The notes below the pieces were generated by a model. It made no database searches and was not told where the DNA came from. It was given only the letters and a program-made list of their open reading frames with translations. The translations under genes and the position numbers were made by a program. This document shows positions 24,039-36,440 of a stretch of DNA of 64,000 nt, one piece after another (the stretch's first letter is position 1; the number at the start of each line of letters is the position of its first letter). The DNA is from the human T2T-CHM13v2.0 reference genome, Homo sapiens: assembly GCF_009914755.1 (NCBI RefSeq), contig NC_060931.1. The stretch is one strand, 5' to 3'.

Positions 24039-25059
24039 CCATGAATTCACTATTTGAGATATATATATAGAGAGAGAGAGAGAAAGATAATTATATGTCT
24101 ATCATTTTTTTTCATGAAAACAAGCTATGTTTTGTACCCAGAGTGCCATAATCAAGTAATGAAAACAGACTTGAAAAAATAAGTGGCAGCTTTATTAACA
24201 GTTACTGTATTTAGGGATGTTATATTCTGTGGCTGTTTCTAAAAGATGGCAAAGCAGTTATGAAAACTTTAACTTTCATTCGCTATAAAAATGTCATATA
24301 CAAAAATAAAAACAAAATAGTGCCAGAATACCAGCTTCCCATACAAATACAAAAATGTATCTAAAGGGAGAAAGAAACAGTCTGTCTCCAAAATGTAAAA
24401 TGAACAAGGTTTTTTTTTTTTTCTTTTAAGTTTGGATTACGTTGAAAATTGCCTCAATTTTTTCTCTTCACATCAGACAGATAAAGTTCAAGTGACTTTT
24501 CAAAGTCATATTCAACCCCCCAAAAAACTAAACAATCTTATGTATTTAAGTTAGATTGTAAAATGAATTTTGTATAGAAAAAATTATAAAATATTTACTA
24601 CATAAGTTCACAGGCTCCAGAGTCCTTGATGCCTCAGCATCTGAGTGTTATTTGTATTTACTATGATGGTGAGCAACAGTATGCCAGGCAAAATTACATT
24701 TCTTTGTAAAATTGCCAATTTGAAATAGTACTGTGACTTCCAGAGGTGGTTTGGGACATATTTTTGAAGAAAAAAAAAATCACTCCTAGAAAAAATATAT
24801 TTAATAATTATAGTTTTTTCTCTCCCTTTTTAGTTTGCCTTCCACAACATATACAAAATGTCAGTATCATTGATAAGAATATTCCAAGGGATATTAGAGG
24901 TAAATGAACAGGAGATTGATGACAAAATTCAAATATAAAGTTGTCAGAGAATTCACTGCATCTGGTATCAGCTTGTCCTGATTTTTAAAAGAGTCATCAA
25001 TATTAAAAATTGTCATCTATGGGCTAGTGCATTTTCCAAACTATATACATATTTTGAAA

Positions 25060-25520
25060 TATTAAAATAATATATGTGCATTGTAGTAAAATTTAAAAGC
25101 ACAAAGAAAGCAGGGAAGAAAAATTCACTCCCTACGAAAGAAAACCACTACTCAGATCTTGATATATATTTGATATATATTCGATGATATATATTCTTGA
25201 CATCTTTTTTCTGTGTATGTATTTGCATTTCAAAAAGTTAAATATTGCACATTCTGTTTTGTAAACTGTTGGGGTGTTTTATTAGTCTTGGTAGATGATG
25301 GAAATCTTCCCGTGGTCCAGGATTCTTCTATAAGGTGATTTAGATTGGCCAACAGGGCTACTTTCAATGATCACAACTGGATTCATTCAACACATTCCAT
25401 ATTAGGAGATGTTTAAATTGTGTCTAATTTTTCAGCATTGGAAACAGTGCTGCAATGCATATATTCTTACACCTCTGTCAGTGGCTGTAACTATCTTTGT
25501 AGGGCACATTTCTATGAGAG
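25060..25520 (-). mobile_element. Ancient L1 (L1ME/MC-like) fragment
   Basis: aaataatatatgtgcattgtag...attcattcaac...tttaaattgtgtctaatttttc...aaacagtgctgcaatgcatat...tctttgtagggcacatttcta. Confidence 0.55.
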
Positions 25521-27623
25521 ATGTTGTTTTTTGTTCATTTCTTTTTTCATTTTTTTCTTTTCTTTCTGCTTTTTTTTTCTTTTTTTCCCTTTTCTTTGGT
25601 GTGTTTATATTGCTTTATTTTGTTTTGTCTTCAGATTGGTTGCTTGTTTTTTAACCAAATAAAAGTGATCCAAAAGTGCAATCTTGCTTTTAGAAGCCAA
25701 AATATTAAAACATTTAAAAGGCTGAAGTTCCCACATTCCCACTTCCTCCTCCTCAGTTTGCTGCATAGCTTTTGAATCCTCTCTCTATCTATTTACAGGT
25801 AACATATATGTATATGTAGAAAATATATCATATGGCTGCATAGTCTTAAATACTGTTATAATAACTCAAATTGCATTTATTCTCAGTGATGGGCATACAG
25901 TTGAGCTGAAGGAAAGTGAGAGAGAAATTAAAGGCATGATAATCAAGTGAAGTGATGATATGAGCTAAGCTAAAGAAGGTAGTGTCTTCTTCCATGACTG
26001 GAGAAGCCTGCTTAGCATTTTAAAAAAATTCAAAATCATGATCCAAAAATTGTGGTCCTACTGCGATGTCAGCCCACAGTTCATTCCACAGACAGAGGTG
26101 ATGAGAAGCCCCCTGGACTGCCAAGCAGTCATTACTCCTTCTGGAATCAAATCCCTTAGTCCTACTGTGCAGTTGTGTATGCCATTCAGCACCTTCAAAA
26201 ATTACCTTAGGAAATGTCCAAAAGATTTGTAGAAAATGTACACCAAACTGGAGCTTTTTCTGTATTGATAAGCAATTTTAGAGCTAAATAGAATAGAATT
26301 CCCTCAGAAAGTACCAAAGTGCTCAGAAAGAAGTGACAGAACTGAATTTCAAATTTTCTGCTCCCTTTTCCTAGTTTCAGGGATGGCAGAGAGAAGCAGG
26401 AGTGTAAGACTTGTGAAGCAGGTAAGTTGCAGTTGAAGCACTCAGGGAAGAGGGCTTACCACGTTGAAGTGCTTCTTGCAGGTATAGCATGATCCCCTGA
26501 GCACTGCCTCTTCTTCCCACAACTCCCTCACACTGCCACACATATATTCCCAGCGATAAGCAATGTGTCATGAGGATAGTACAGGAGACAGTGGTGTCAT
26601 CCTGGTGGCACCTGGTTCTCCTTCCTCCTGACCTTTGTGCCAGGGATGAGCCTCTAACTCTCTGCGTTTCATTCTGAAGTGTTTCCATATAGAAAACATT
26701 GTGAACTGTTTTCCATCTCCCCGGGGGTGACTCTTTCCTAATATAAAGGAGGGATATTGTAGGGGATTGAGGTTGGCAATGGAGGATTAAGAAGAAGGGA
26801 AGATGAACCGCAATGCAAAAAAATAATAATTTACAGCTCCATTCATTTTTGTTTCTTCTCAAATTTTCTCCCAGTAGATTAATCAACAAAAGTAAACCTA
26901 CCTAAAACATAGTGCAACTTAGAAATTGACCAATTACTCTTTTTTTTTTCATTTCTGAGTGTCAAACCAACCCTAAAATGCCATAAAAACAAACTTCCTG
27001 TCAATAAAGGAATAAGCTTCAAACTTACGGGAAATACTTTAGAAGCATACTTAGTAGACATCAAATTACTGCTTCAAAACATTCTGATACATCAAACCCA
27101 GGAGTATCAGAAACAGATGGGCTCCCTTCCTCTCTATATTTCACACAAACTCCAAAAATAAAGGAAGAGCCTGGAAAAAAAGAAAGCATTTCCATTTGCT
27201 CATCCCATGTTTGAAAAATTATTTTTACCCACACCCAACCCATTCTAATTATACAATTTTATTGCAGTGGGGAAATTAATTATTATTGCTTTACTAGAAG
27301 GGCTGACACACATTTGATCTTTCAAAAACATCTGACTCTTCTTCAGCCTCTTTTGCAAAGGCATCAAGGCATTTGAAAAAAAAAATCCATAAAAGAACTT
27401 CTAGGCTCTGGCATCAGAATTGATGCCACATTGTTTCCAAGCAAACCAAATCTTCACACGTGCATTCTTCTCCAGGTCTACCTCCATGGCACAGGAGGAG
27501 GGAGACATTTATCATATTTCCGGTTAATGTGAGCAATAGTGTGCTGAATCAGAGAAATCCCTGCTCTCAACAAAAAGCCACCCAGGTTTTTCTAATTTCT
27601 TCCCCAATTTTATGCATTAACTA

Positions 27624-27708
27624 CTAGGTTGATGCAAAAGTAATTGTGGTCTTTGCCATTTTTGTAAAAGTAATAGCAAAAATCTCAATTAGTTTCACAC
27701 CAACACAA
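27624..27708. mobile_element. MADE1 (Hsmar1-derived MITE)
   Basis: taggttgatgcaaaagtaattgtggtctttgccatt...aatagcaaaaatctcaattagtttcacaccaacacaa; ~80-bp palindromic mariner MITE. Confidence 0.9.
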
Positions 27709-28279
27709 TATTTTCCAAACCTTCCTTTTTTTCTGAGCTGTAGAGAAATCTAAGAAGCTATAATTGTATCTATACCTATGTCTATCTATAGAATGTTTAT
27801 TTTTGTGTCAGAGTGTATGGATTACTGATACGGAAATGTTTGCAGTGGTAGTTTCTGCTTCCATGTGTAAGTATGGTGAAATTCAAGTCCTATTCAGTTG
27901 CATTTGTGATAAACATGTATTCTTAAAGATCTCACCCAATCATCACCTTTTCCCCTCTTTAATTGGTCATTCTCTTCTTTTGTCTGGTAAAATCCAGCAA
28001 GAGTTAGGATCAAAGATAGAGACCTAAAACCTAAACCAGCTCCTTTCCTCTATCTTCTGCTTATTGAATCAAGAGTTAAAACCGGGTGAATTCAATTACT
28101 CCTTTGAGGAACACACTTTTGTTTTGAAAGGCAGATCCCTAAAACCAGCATAACTCAAGCATCTGTTCATCTGAACAGCTCAGAAACATCCCCAGATTGT
28201 GCCAGCTTCCAATTTTAAATACAGTCTGGAGCGATGCCCCGGGAACAGTGCTGCTGGATTTTCTGTGGCAGGCACTGGC

Positions 28280-28445
28280 CACCTGTGTTGCCTGAGGCAA
28301 GTTTGTAACCTTTCTGTGTCTCTACTTCCCTCATTGGGACAATAATAAATAATTATAGAATCCACCACCTCATGGGAATTGGGTGAAAATTACATTAATA
28401 TTCATAAAGGTCTTAGTGCCTGACGCACAGAAAGCAACAAAAAAT
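28280..28445 (+). mobile_element. MIR SINE
   Basis: tgtgttgcctgaggcaagtttgtaacctttctgtgtctc...acctcatggg...cttagtgcctgacgcacagaaagc. Confidence 0.7.
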
Positions 28446-29729
28446 TTTTTTTACTAAGTGCACTGTTTGCCTAAATAACTAGAAATTCCTTTTTTCTAGA
28501 AAGCAGACTATTTAGGCCTCTTGAGGCATTCTCACAAAAGCAATTTGGTCCACATATTATTGATAAGTCAATGTCTCTGTGGGGACATGAGGGCCTGGGG
28601 TTTCCTCTTCTGCCACCTTGCTGATGTCGCTTGCCATATCTAGACCTCTTTAAATGCTTGCTTTCTTGCATTCTGGGGGAGGTTATGGGATTACTGTCAT
28701 GCCCATAACAGGCACCCAATAAATAATTTTGGAATGAATGAATGAAGAAAGAATAGACTGTGATTTCATTTTTAAATAATGAATGGGGATGGTGGTGGGA
28801 GAGGGGGTAGTGTGTGTGAAGAGTTGAGGCACAAGTACCTCCTTTAGCACCCCACTGAAAGTTTGGATTTTCACCAAGGAGAAAAACAGAATTCTGAGCC
28901 CAGTGACCCAGGAAAGAGGCTTTAGTGACAAAGCCAGTGGCAGCTGACAGAAATGGAGACAGCCATCCTATAACAGAAACAACAGCCCCTGGGAATCAAG
29001 CAAGCTGTTTATAAACTTTGGCTGTCTCAAAGATTGTGTGACATCTCCAAGGTCAAGAATCCCCCTCTGGAGACAATGGCCATAATAAATAGAACTTTCC
29101 TCCCAGGGTCTTGACCCCACCATCTATTACGTTGGCCAAATCTCGTGTCACCTTGAACCTCAGTTACCTCTTTCTAAAAGAAGTATGTTAATTCAGTAGG
29201 TTCAGGAAAACACATAAGTATGTCTGTGAAAGTGTCCAGTAATCTGCATAAAACAGAACTAAAAAGAAGGTTCAAAGCATTGTCATATCCGAATTAGAAT
29301 AGAAAATAGGGTTAGTCCTAAGGAAAATATCCCTAAGAATATTGATGATGTAATACCAGACCAGGCTTTTAAAGGAGACTGTGAAATCTCTATTTGGGGA
29401 GAATTTGAAAGAAAGGGGAGGAAGGAACACCTGTTGGAAGGAGTGAGTAAAGTAAAAGGTCCCTGGAGGTTCTTTTTGGCTCTCAGATTCCATAATTCTG
29501 TGGCCTCTAAGAACACACACTGTAGTGCCCAAGAAGGGCTGGTGACTGATAAGTGTCACCTTTCCTGTGGTGTCCAGAGGCACAGGCCAGCACTGCTCAC
29601 AGGTGTGCTGAGATGTGAGAGAGGATGGCATCTGGAAGAAACAGAAAAGCTGCAGACCAGGCTGGCTTCACCAGATCTTGTTTGTTGAGTAATCTCTTTC
29701 AGGAGACAGCAGTGTATCCAAGTGCCGTC

Positions 29730-30068
29730 TTGCTAAAGGTTTTGTAGGGCCTGAATCGTATATAATTTGGGGGCCCTTCTTTGAGGAAAAGATTATGAAA
29801 TTATACAAATGTCAAAATGGCCAGGCACTGTGGCTCACGCCTATAGTCCTGGCTACTCAGGAGGCTGAAGCAGGAAGATCACTTGAGCCCAGGAGTTACA
29901 GGCTGCAGTGAGATGTGATTGCATGGCTGCACTGAAGCCTGGGTGACAGAGCAAGAGTCTGTCTCTAAAAAAAATAATAATAACAATGCACAGGGCCTTG
30001 AAAGGGGCCCATGCAAGTGAGAGACCCTGAAACCTAAGCTTCATTAGCTTCCTAACTTACCTTGCCTG
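29730..30068. mobile_element. MER53 (hAT MITE) split by an Alu monomer
   Basis: aggttttgtagggcctgaa...aatttgggggccct and cagggccttgaaaggggcccatgcaagtgagagaccctgaaacctaagcttcattagcttc match the two halves of MER53. Confidence 0.8.
29819..29983 (+). mobile_element. Alu monomer (FRAM / AluJ right arm)
   Basis: Single ~165-bp arm containing ggctgcagtgag, with A/TAA tail. Confidence 0.9.
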
Positions 30069-30084
30069 CAACCACAGTATTATG

Positions 30085-30175
30085 ATTCCTTTACAGATTA
30101 GGAAACTGGGGTTTGGAGAAGTGAAAGGACTTGTTCCAAGTCATGTCATTGATGAGTGGCCAAGTTGGAAATGGC
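30085..30175 (-). mobile_element. MIR fragment
   Basis: tttacagattaggaaactggggtttggagaagtgaaaggacttg. Confidence 0.6.
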
Positions 30176-30519
30176 TCCAACACTACAGCTGCACTTACAA
30201 GTAGGGTGGAGCCTCTGCTCTCACCTCTGGGTAGATCTACGGTTGCTGGGGCTCCTATTTCTCTGAGAGGTGTTCACTCCTCACTCTGAGCAGAGTAGTT
30301 TAATGCTGAGTATCCCCCTGTATGAGGGTTTCAGAAAACCTGAAGGTTTGCCAGGCCTACAGTGCTTAGAGGTTTGATTATGGGAGCCTTCAGTGAGGGC
30401 AACTGACAACACTGATCATCTGTGAGTGTTAAAAGAAACAATATTTATGGCTATGATAAAAGATGTAAGCATTAATGTCTATGGCAGAAGTCAGGAATGT
30501 GGTCACAAAAGTGATCCTA

Positions 30520-30670
30520 GAATGTTAATGATGCCAGGGACCCTGTCCAATGCCATCTTTCTCCAACTCAAGATGAAAACTGAGGCCAGGGAGATTAAGT
30601 CAGTTGCCCTAGGTCACAGAGATTCCAGTGCCAGAGTTGGAACTAAGAATCTACTGCTGGAATTGCAATG
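30520..30670 (-). mobile_element. MIR/MIR3 fragment
   Basis: agatgaaaactgaggccagggagattaagtcagttgccctaggtcacag. Confidence 0.65.
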
Positions 30671-31265
30671 CTTTGTTGCCAACATCCTTACTGGGGCTCC
30701 AATTCTACAAAATATTCTTTATTTACTCCCTAAGCAAGGACAGTAATGCTGCTTTCAAGAGTTGAACACTTAACCATGAATTTTGATTTTTGCTTTATTT
30801 CAATAATAAACAAAACACTTTCCATGTATTTTTTTTTATTCTACAAAATGCTTGGGGGAAAAAAATCTCCTATCATGATTCTTGCAAAAAAAGTAATTTT
30901 CCACATTTACATTTAGCTGATTAATGGTACTGCCTGGTGCTTTCTATTGTTAAACAAAGAGTTAGCCCAGTTAGGGGTGTTCGTGAAAAGAAAGTTTCCA
31001 TGCCTGAACTTCCACCTTGGTGTCACTGAAGGATATATTTTCACGCATTTTAATTGACTTTTGGAAGATTGTTGCCTATAATAAGATTTAAGATGTCCCA
31101 TTTCCAATAAGCTGGCTACATTGTTCCCACAATTCCATGCCAATAGATGAAGTTTATTGCTGGTGATGGCCACTTTCCCTCCCATTTCCTGTCTTTCTCC
31201 TCATTTTTCTACTCTGGATACTTCCCCAGCTACTGAGAAAATGTTCAAAATGGTCCTCTAAAACT

Positions 31266-31509
31266 ATGGTGCTCAATAGAACAACTCGCAATGATGGAAG
31301 TGTTCTCAGTTGGCACTGTCCAATATTGTAGCCATTAGCTATATGTGGCTAGTGAGCCCTTGAAATGTGATTATTCTGACTCAGGAACTAAAATTTAAAT
31401 TTCATTTTAATAAATTTAAAATATAGTCATGTGACTAATGGCTACCATATTGGACAGTTCAAATGCAGAATATTTTCATCACTGCAGAAAATTTTATCAG
31501 ACAGCACTA
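31266..31509. mobile_element. MER3 (hAT-Charlie MITE) with long symmetric ends
   Basis: caatagaac...aatgatggaagtgttct...ctgtccaatattgtagccattagctatatgtggct...gctaccatattggacag...agaatattttcatcactgcagaaa...gacagcact. Confidence 0.85.
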
Positions 31510-32058
31510 AGCTAAAGGGTCTACCCCTGAGCAAAAGCCCTGAGACTCTACCCCATGTCTGACCCTGAGCTGGGTTCATTATTTGGGCTGAGCTAAAAGA
31601 GAGGCCTCCAAGATGGCTTGGTGTGCAATTTCTGGGACTTAAGGATACAATGAGTTCGGGCAGGGTGGAGGCACTGTATTGGTTCCTATACAATCAAGCT
31701 TTGGAGTGTATAATGGAGAAGAAAGCTTAGAGACCTCTAGTTGCTGCCCCTCTTTACAGACAGGAAAACTCAGTGGCAGTAAATTAGTCGCTTGGCAAAA
31801 GTTAACACAAAAGTTAATAATTGAGCTTGTCTGCTAATTCCCAAGCCAGTCCTCTTTTCTAGTTGGGTACAGACCAGTGTTGGAAGACCAGGGCATGTCA
31901 TTCTTTCTTGTATTACTTCAGCACATCCATATTGTGTATTTCCCCTGTATGAGGATTCTTTTGTTTAGGATGGACAGGGTGGGAGACATGAGCTGCCTCT
32001 TGGTGGAGGAGAAAGGTGTGTTCGTCAGCTTGCCTCAAAGGGCTGTGCAGGGATGGGA

Positions 32059-32162
32059 TAGGGTGACCAAGCCTTACCTGGGACTGACTCAGTTTTAGCA
32101 CTCAACGCCCCCATGCCAAGAAATCTCTCAATCCGAGGCAAATCAGGATAGTTGTTCCACTG
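32059..32162. mobile_element. MER81-like hAT MITE
   Basis: tagggtgaccaa...cctgggactgactcagttttagcact...ggcaaatcaggatagttg. Confidence 0.65.
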
Positions 32163-32223
32163 ATACCAATGATAATGTCACCAATCTTCCAAAATTCAGA
32201 TGAAGCAAAGAATCAAGGCAAGT

Positions 32224-32354
32224 TGCCAGCCATGGTGATATGCACCTGTACTCCCAGCTACTCAGGAGGCTGAAACAGGTCGATCACTTGAGCCCAGGAG
32301 TTCAAGTCCAGCCTGGGTAACCTAGCAAGAGGTCATCTCTAAAAAGAAAAAAAA
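32224..32354 (+). mobile_element. FLAM (free left Alu monomer)
   Basis: ~130-bp monomer with A tail; perfect 17-bp TSD aaagaatcaaggcaagt at 32207-32223 and 32352-32368. Confidence 0.9.
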
Positions 32355-32859
32355 GAATCAAGGCAAGTCTAACATTTTGGTGGGTGGCTTATGCCTTTGC
32401 TTTATAGATTCAGAGAAAAAGACGTTTCCTGGTACTTTTCCCTTCATCTGCATTCAATTGTTCTCCTCAACCAGCAACCTTAAAGCAGCACTGCTTTTAA
32501 ATGGACCATGTCTCCTTGCAGAACATTACATCTTAAAACATACCTTTAAAAGACCATAACATGATTTTAAAACAGAGATATGGAGCGATTAATCCACAAT
32601 GTAGGACTCTGTTCTGGAGGCTGAGACCGGCTGTTACAAGGTGAAGGCATTTATACAGTCGTCAGTCATCTGCACCAAAACCTGCTTTAGTGGAGGTCTG
32701 GGGATTTCTAATGGCCTCTTTAAGAATGCCCTGTTTCCACTCGAATCACTCCTAGACAGAAATATTATTCAGGTACCCATCAAACACCTGGCTATGACAT
32801 CAATTAGCCAAAGCCCCAGAATGAAGGAGTCAGCAGAGGATACCAGACAGAGTCCCAGG

Positions 32860-33052
32860 TTAGGAAACAAGAATCTGGGTTCTAGTTTTAATTCTTCCAT
32901 TAGATAGGCTGTGTGACCTTGGGAAAATCACTTGAACTCTCTGAGACTCAGCTTCCTCATCTGCAAAGGGAGATACCAATGCCTGGCCCAATTGTTCTCA
33001 TGGGGAGATTATGGGGAATCAGTGAAGTAATAAATGTGAATGTGCTTTGAAA
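32860..33052 (+). mobile_element. MIR SINE
   Basis: ctgggttctagt...gctgtgtgaccttgggaaaatcacttgaactctctgagactcagcttcctcatctgcaaa. Confidence 0.85.
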
Positions 33053-33055
33053 AGT

Positions 33056-33133
33056 TTTGCACCAACCTTGGTTTGCACCAACCTCAGTGCAAAAGAAATT
33101 GTGTTTTTGCTATTCCTTTTGCACCAACCTAAT
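33056..33133. mobile_element. Rearranged MADE1/Hsmar1 TIR remnant
   Basis: tttgcaccaacct occurs three times (33056, 33072, 33118) around a left-TIR piece gtgcaaaagaaattgtgtttttgc. Confidence 0.8.
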
Positions 33134-33674
33134 ACAACGACAAGATACATAGTTCAGGGCCTCTGATAGATGAATCTGAGCTTTGGAAATGTAACCATGA
33201 GTGGAGATGAAGCACAATTACAGGGCAGGGAGAACCAACCTTCACTTAAATCATCCACCTCCCTGAAGGGTGAGAAAGGGGTCATATAAAGGCAGAAAAG
33301 AAACAGCAGAAGAAACACTAATCCAGAGAGAACGTATCAAAGGGCTAGAGGAAGTTGAAAAGGCTACATTGTCTCATTCTGGCATTTTCTTCTGTAACAA
33401 AGATGTAAAACCTCAAACTGGGTCATTTAAAACAAAATGCCAGAACAATTGCAAGGCCCACAAGGCAGAAACACGCACAAGATACATCTATTAATGTGTA
33501 CTTACGCTGGATATTGTAGTATTGGAATGCATGTCAAGATATTGCTTTCCTGCTATTTCTGTATAGAATACATAGGAGATATCACAACAATTAGATCACT
33601 CGCATCTGAAGTGACCAATTAGATCACTCCAATCTAATTTATTTTCCCAGAACATTTTTTACACTGACGGTCCT

Positions 33675-34290
33675 TGTATTAGTCAGCTACTGCCACAATA
33701 ATACTGTGTAACAAACAGCCACCAAACCTCAGTGTCTACATGTCAGTCAATACTGATTTTTTGTTATTGAGTCTAAGGCCGGTTCTGATGGTGTCAATTG
33801 GGTTCACTTGTGCACTTGTCATCAACCAGGGATTGGGAAGATGTATCTGCTGATTTTGGCCAGGCTCACTCATATGTTTGGGGGTTAGGCTTGGCTGACT
33901 AATACAGAACTATGTCTCTGGGAGCTCTTCTATGTGTACAGTTGACAGATAAAATGCAGGATACCCAGTTAAATTGGAATTACAGATAAACAATAGATAC
34001 TTTTTTAGTGTAAGTATATCCCAAATGTTTGCTGAATCTGGCAAGCCTACCTGTGAGTCTCCCCATCCCTCTAGCAGGCTAGCACAGGCACAGCTCCATG
34101 GCCGGCAGGGGAAGCACAGTGGAACTTGCTTGGTTCTCTGGAGTCTAGACTCGGCTGGTACTTCATTGCCTTCTGTTGGCCAAAGCAAGTTTGTGACTTT
34201 GCCCAGCCCAGATTCAAGGACTACAAAGTCACATTGAGAAGGACACACAGGGAAGTTGAAGAATTGGGGCCTTTTTGACAGTCTGCCACA
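33675..34290 (-). mobile_element. MaLR solo LTR (MLT1H-like)
   Basis: Begins tgtattagtcagct...tgtgtaacaaac; contains ctgttggccaaagcaag...cccagattcaagg; ends gtctgccaca. Confidence 0.75.
33937..34049. mobile_element. MER96 (hAT MITE), internally deleted, nested in the LTR
   Basis: gttgacagataaaatgcaggatacccagttaaattggaattacagataaacaat...tttagtgtaagtatatcccaaat...tttgctgaatctggcaagccta. Confidence 0.8.
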
Positions 34291-36314
34291 GTTCCTAGTA
34301 GCAAAATCACCAACAAAAGAGCTCAGCACAGAATTCTCCAAGAAAATGTCACTTGCCCATTCTATTTTAATATCAAAGATGAGGGACTTCATGAAGTGTT
34401 CAGGGCACTTAACTACAGGGGAGAAGACTCAGTTTCTGGTTTGACTTTATCAATCATGTTCTTTGTTTTCTTGGGTGGACTACATCTTCTCTGGGGCTCA
34501 GTATTTTCATCTATGAAATGGTAAGTTTGCGCTCTTGGGGCTTTGCAGCTCTAAGATTCAATAATCTTGAATATTTTAACTTGCCTTCTTCCATCATTTC
34601 CCTATTGCAAACTCTTCTAGCCCAATTGACTTTATGACTGTATTAGCTATGCTATAACTTAAAACAGCCCATTATGGTCCTCACTGACTGCTCCTATATT
34701 CAAAGTAAATTCAATCACCAATACATATCCAACAAAAAAAATGGAAATCTCCAGGCCAAGGGGACATCAGCTCCTGGCAAGGAACAAGACCCTGGAATAA
34801 ATAAATCTGCTTTGCCCAATATTTCCCCCTCTTGATTTGAAGAGAGACAGTAACCCTTTTTCTGTCATTGAATTAATTTGCTAGAAGTGGCTGTAATTTC
34901 TATATAAATCCTGAGATTGTTTCTAATTTACATGTTATATATGAATGTTTATGCATGTGGTGCCAGTCTAATGTTCTCCAGGGATACTCTTGGAAACTGT
35001 ATGAATCATGTAAACAAAATTAGACTGAAATAAAAAGAATGTATGATATTTTCTTCAGTAGTACTAATTTTTTTTTTAAGTTTGGTTTTCTCCATGATGG
35101 TCCTCCTGCTGACTTTAATTATATTTATGGCACAATTATCCTGTGCTGGGCACAGCCTCATGTGCCCACAGCTCATTTGGCGTCTGTCTGGTTTGGGGGA
35201 CGCCTTGCAGACAGAGGGGTGGTGTGGCTCGTTCACTGTTCTCTCTCGGTGAGGAGAGAAGAGGGGTAGAAGGTGTTAAGGTGGCATCTACGTGGCTGTT
35301 TCTCCTTTCTCCATCCCATCTCTCTTTTTTTTTGTTTTTTTTTAATGAGGATGAATTCAGGTCATGGGCGAAACTGCAACCAGGTCCAGGGAACTTCCTC
35401 TTTTTCTGGCCTCTCCAGAGCACTATTTGAAGATCATCACTGCTGTTAATTAATGATTTGCCAGCTGTCTGTACTAATGTTATAGGCTTTATGTATGCAC
35501 ACACATCGTACTTTAGTCTGCTTTCACTTAAAACCAAACACAACAAACGTTAAACATGAGTTGAAGTTTCTGGTCTTTGCTTTTGGCAAGAGGTCTGCTT
35601 AGCTGAGATGGTTCTTTCTTGTGTCATCACAGGGCTGGCTGTGTGCCCACTTCACAGGCTGGTAGGGATATCTCTTTCTAAAGCTTTGCTCTCCCAGAAG
35701 ACCCCTTCAGGACCAGCGTTTCACAGGGAGGAGTTGCCGCTCTTGTTTAGGGTTAATAATCAGCTCAGTAGTTCCAATGGAAATGTCACAGCCCTTTTCA
35801 GAAAATTAATCTGCTCCAGAGTCCCCTTATTTTTGCCAGGAGGAGGCATTAACATCTCCAGGGGGCCTTGTTCTTATCTTAATCTCATTTCCCTACTTAC
35901 TGCATATGTGATTGCTTAAATCCAACTACTGAGGCCGATCCCTGCCACAGCTCATCCTAGAGAATGGAGGCACCCGGGAAGAGGAGAAGTTTGGATTGGC
36001 CCTTCTCCAAGGTTCCTCTAACCCTGGCATTCAGGACTGTGAAGTGTTCTGCCATGAGTAGCTAACTTTCCATTACTTCTCTTTCAGGCATGGCTTCTCT
36101 TAGCCAGTCTACATCAGACCAGGCTTGTCCCTACCCAAGCATTTTGACCATTCCATTCTGAAAAACTAATGAAAAGTATCATCTGCCTATTATAAAGTAT
36201 AATAATGCAGAGCAGCTCAATTTTTGCTTAACCACTCAACAGTAACAATACTGTCAGATGCAAAGAAAGACAGGAGAAACATGGTCCCCTGGGAAGAAAG
36301 GAGAAGCCAGGGCT

Positions 36315-36440
36315 CTTTATTAAGTACATGCTGTGGGCAGGCCTTGTGCACTGTCCCATTTCATCTTCACAACAACCCTGCATATGTGATCGTTTTGAAA
36401 CGGCAAAACTGAGACTCAAAGAAGTGAGGTTATCTCTGGT
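36315..36440 (-). mobile_element. MIR fragment
   Basis: tttattaagtac...catttcatcttcacaacaaccctg...aaaactgagactcaaagaagtgagg. Confidence 0.65.

Noticed and set aside
23774-24070. ORFs with familiar-looking peptides here and at 45274, 56806, 59496 and 62207
   Set aside because: They are translations of Alu sequence.
27624-27708. Long hairpin resembling a pre-miRNA (miR-548-like)
   Set aside because: Fully explained by the MADE1 palindrome; arms are diverged and there is no expression evidence.
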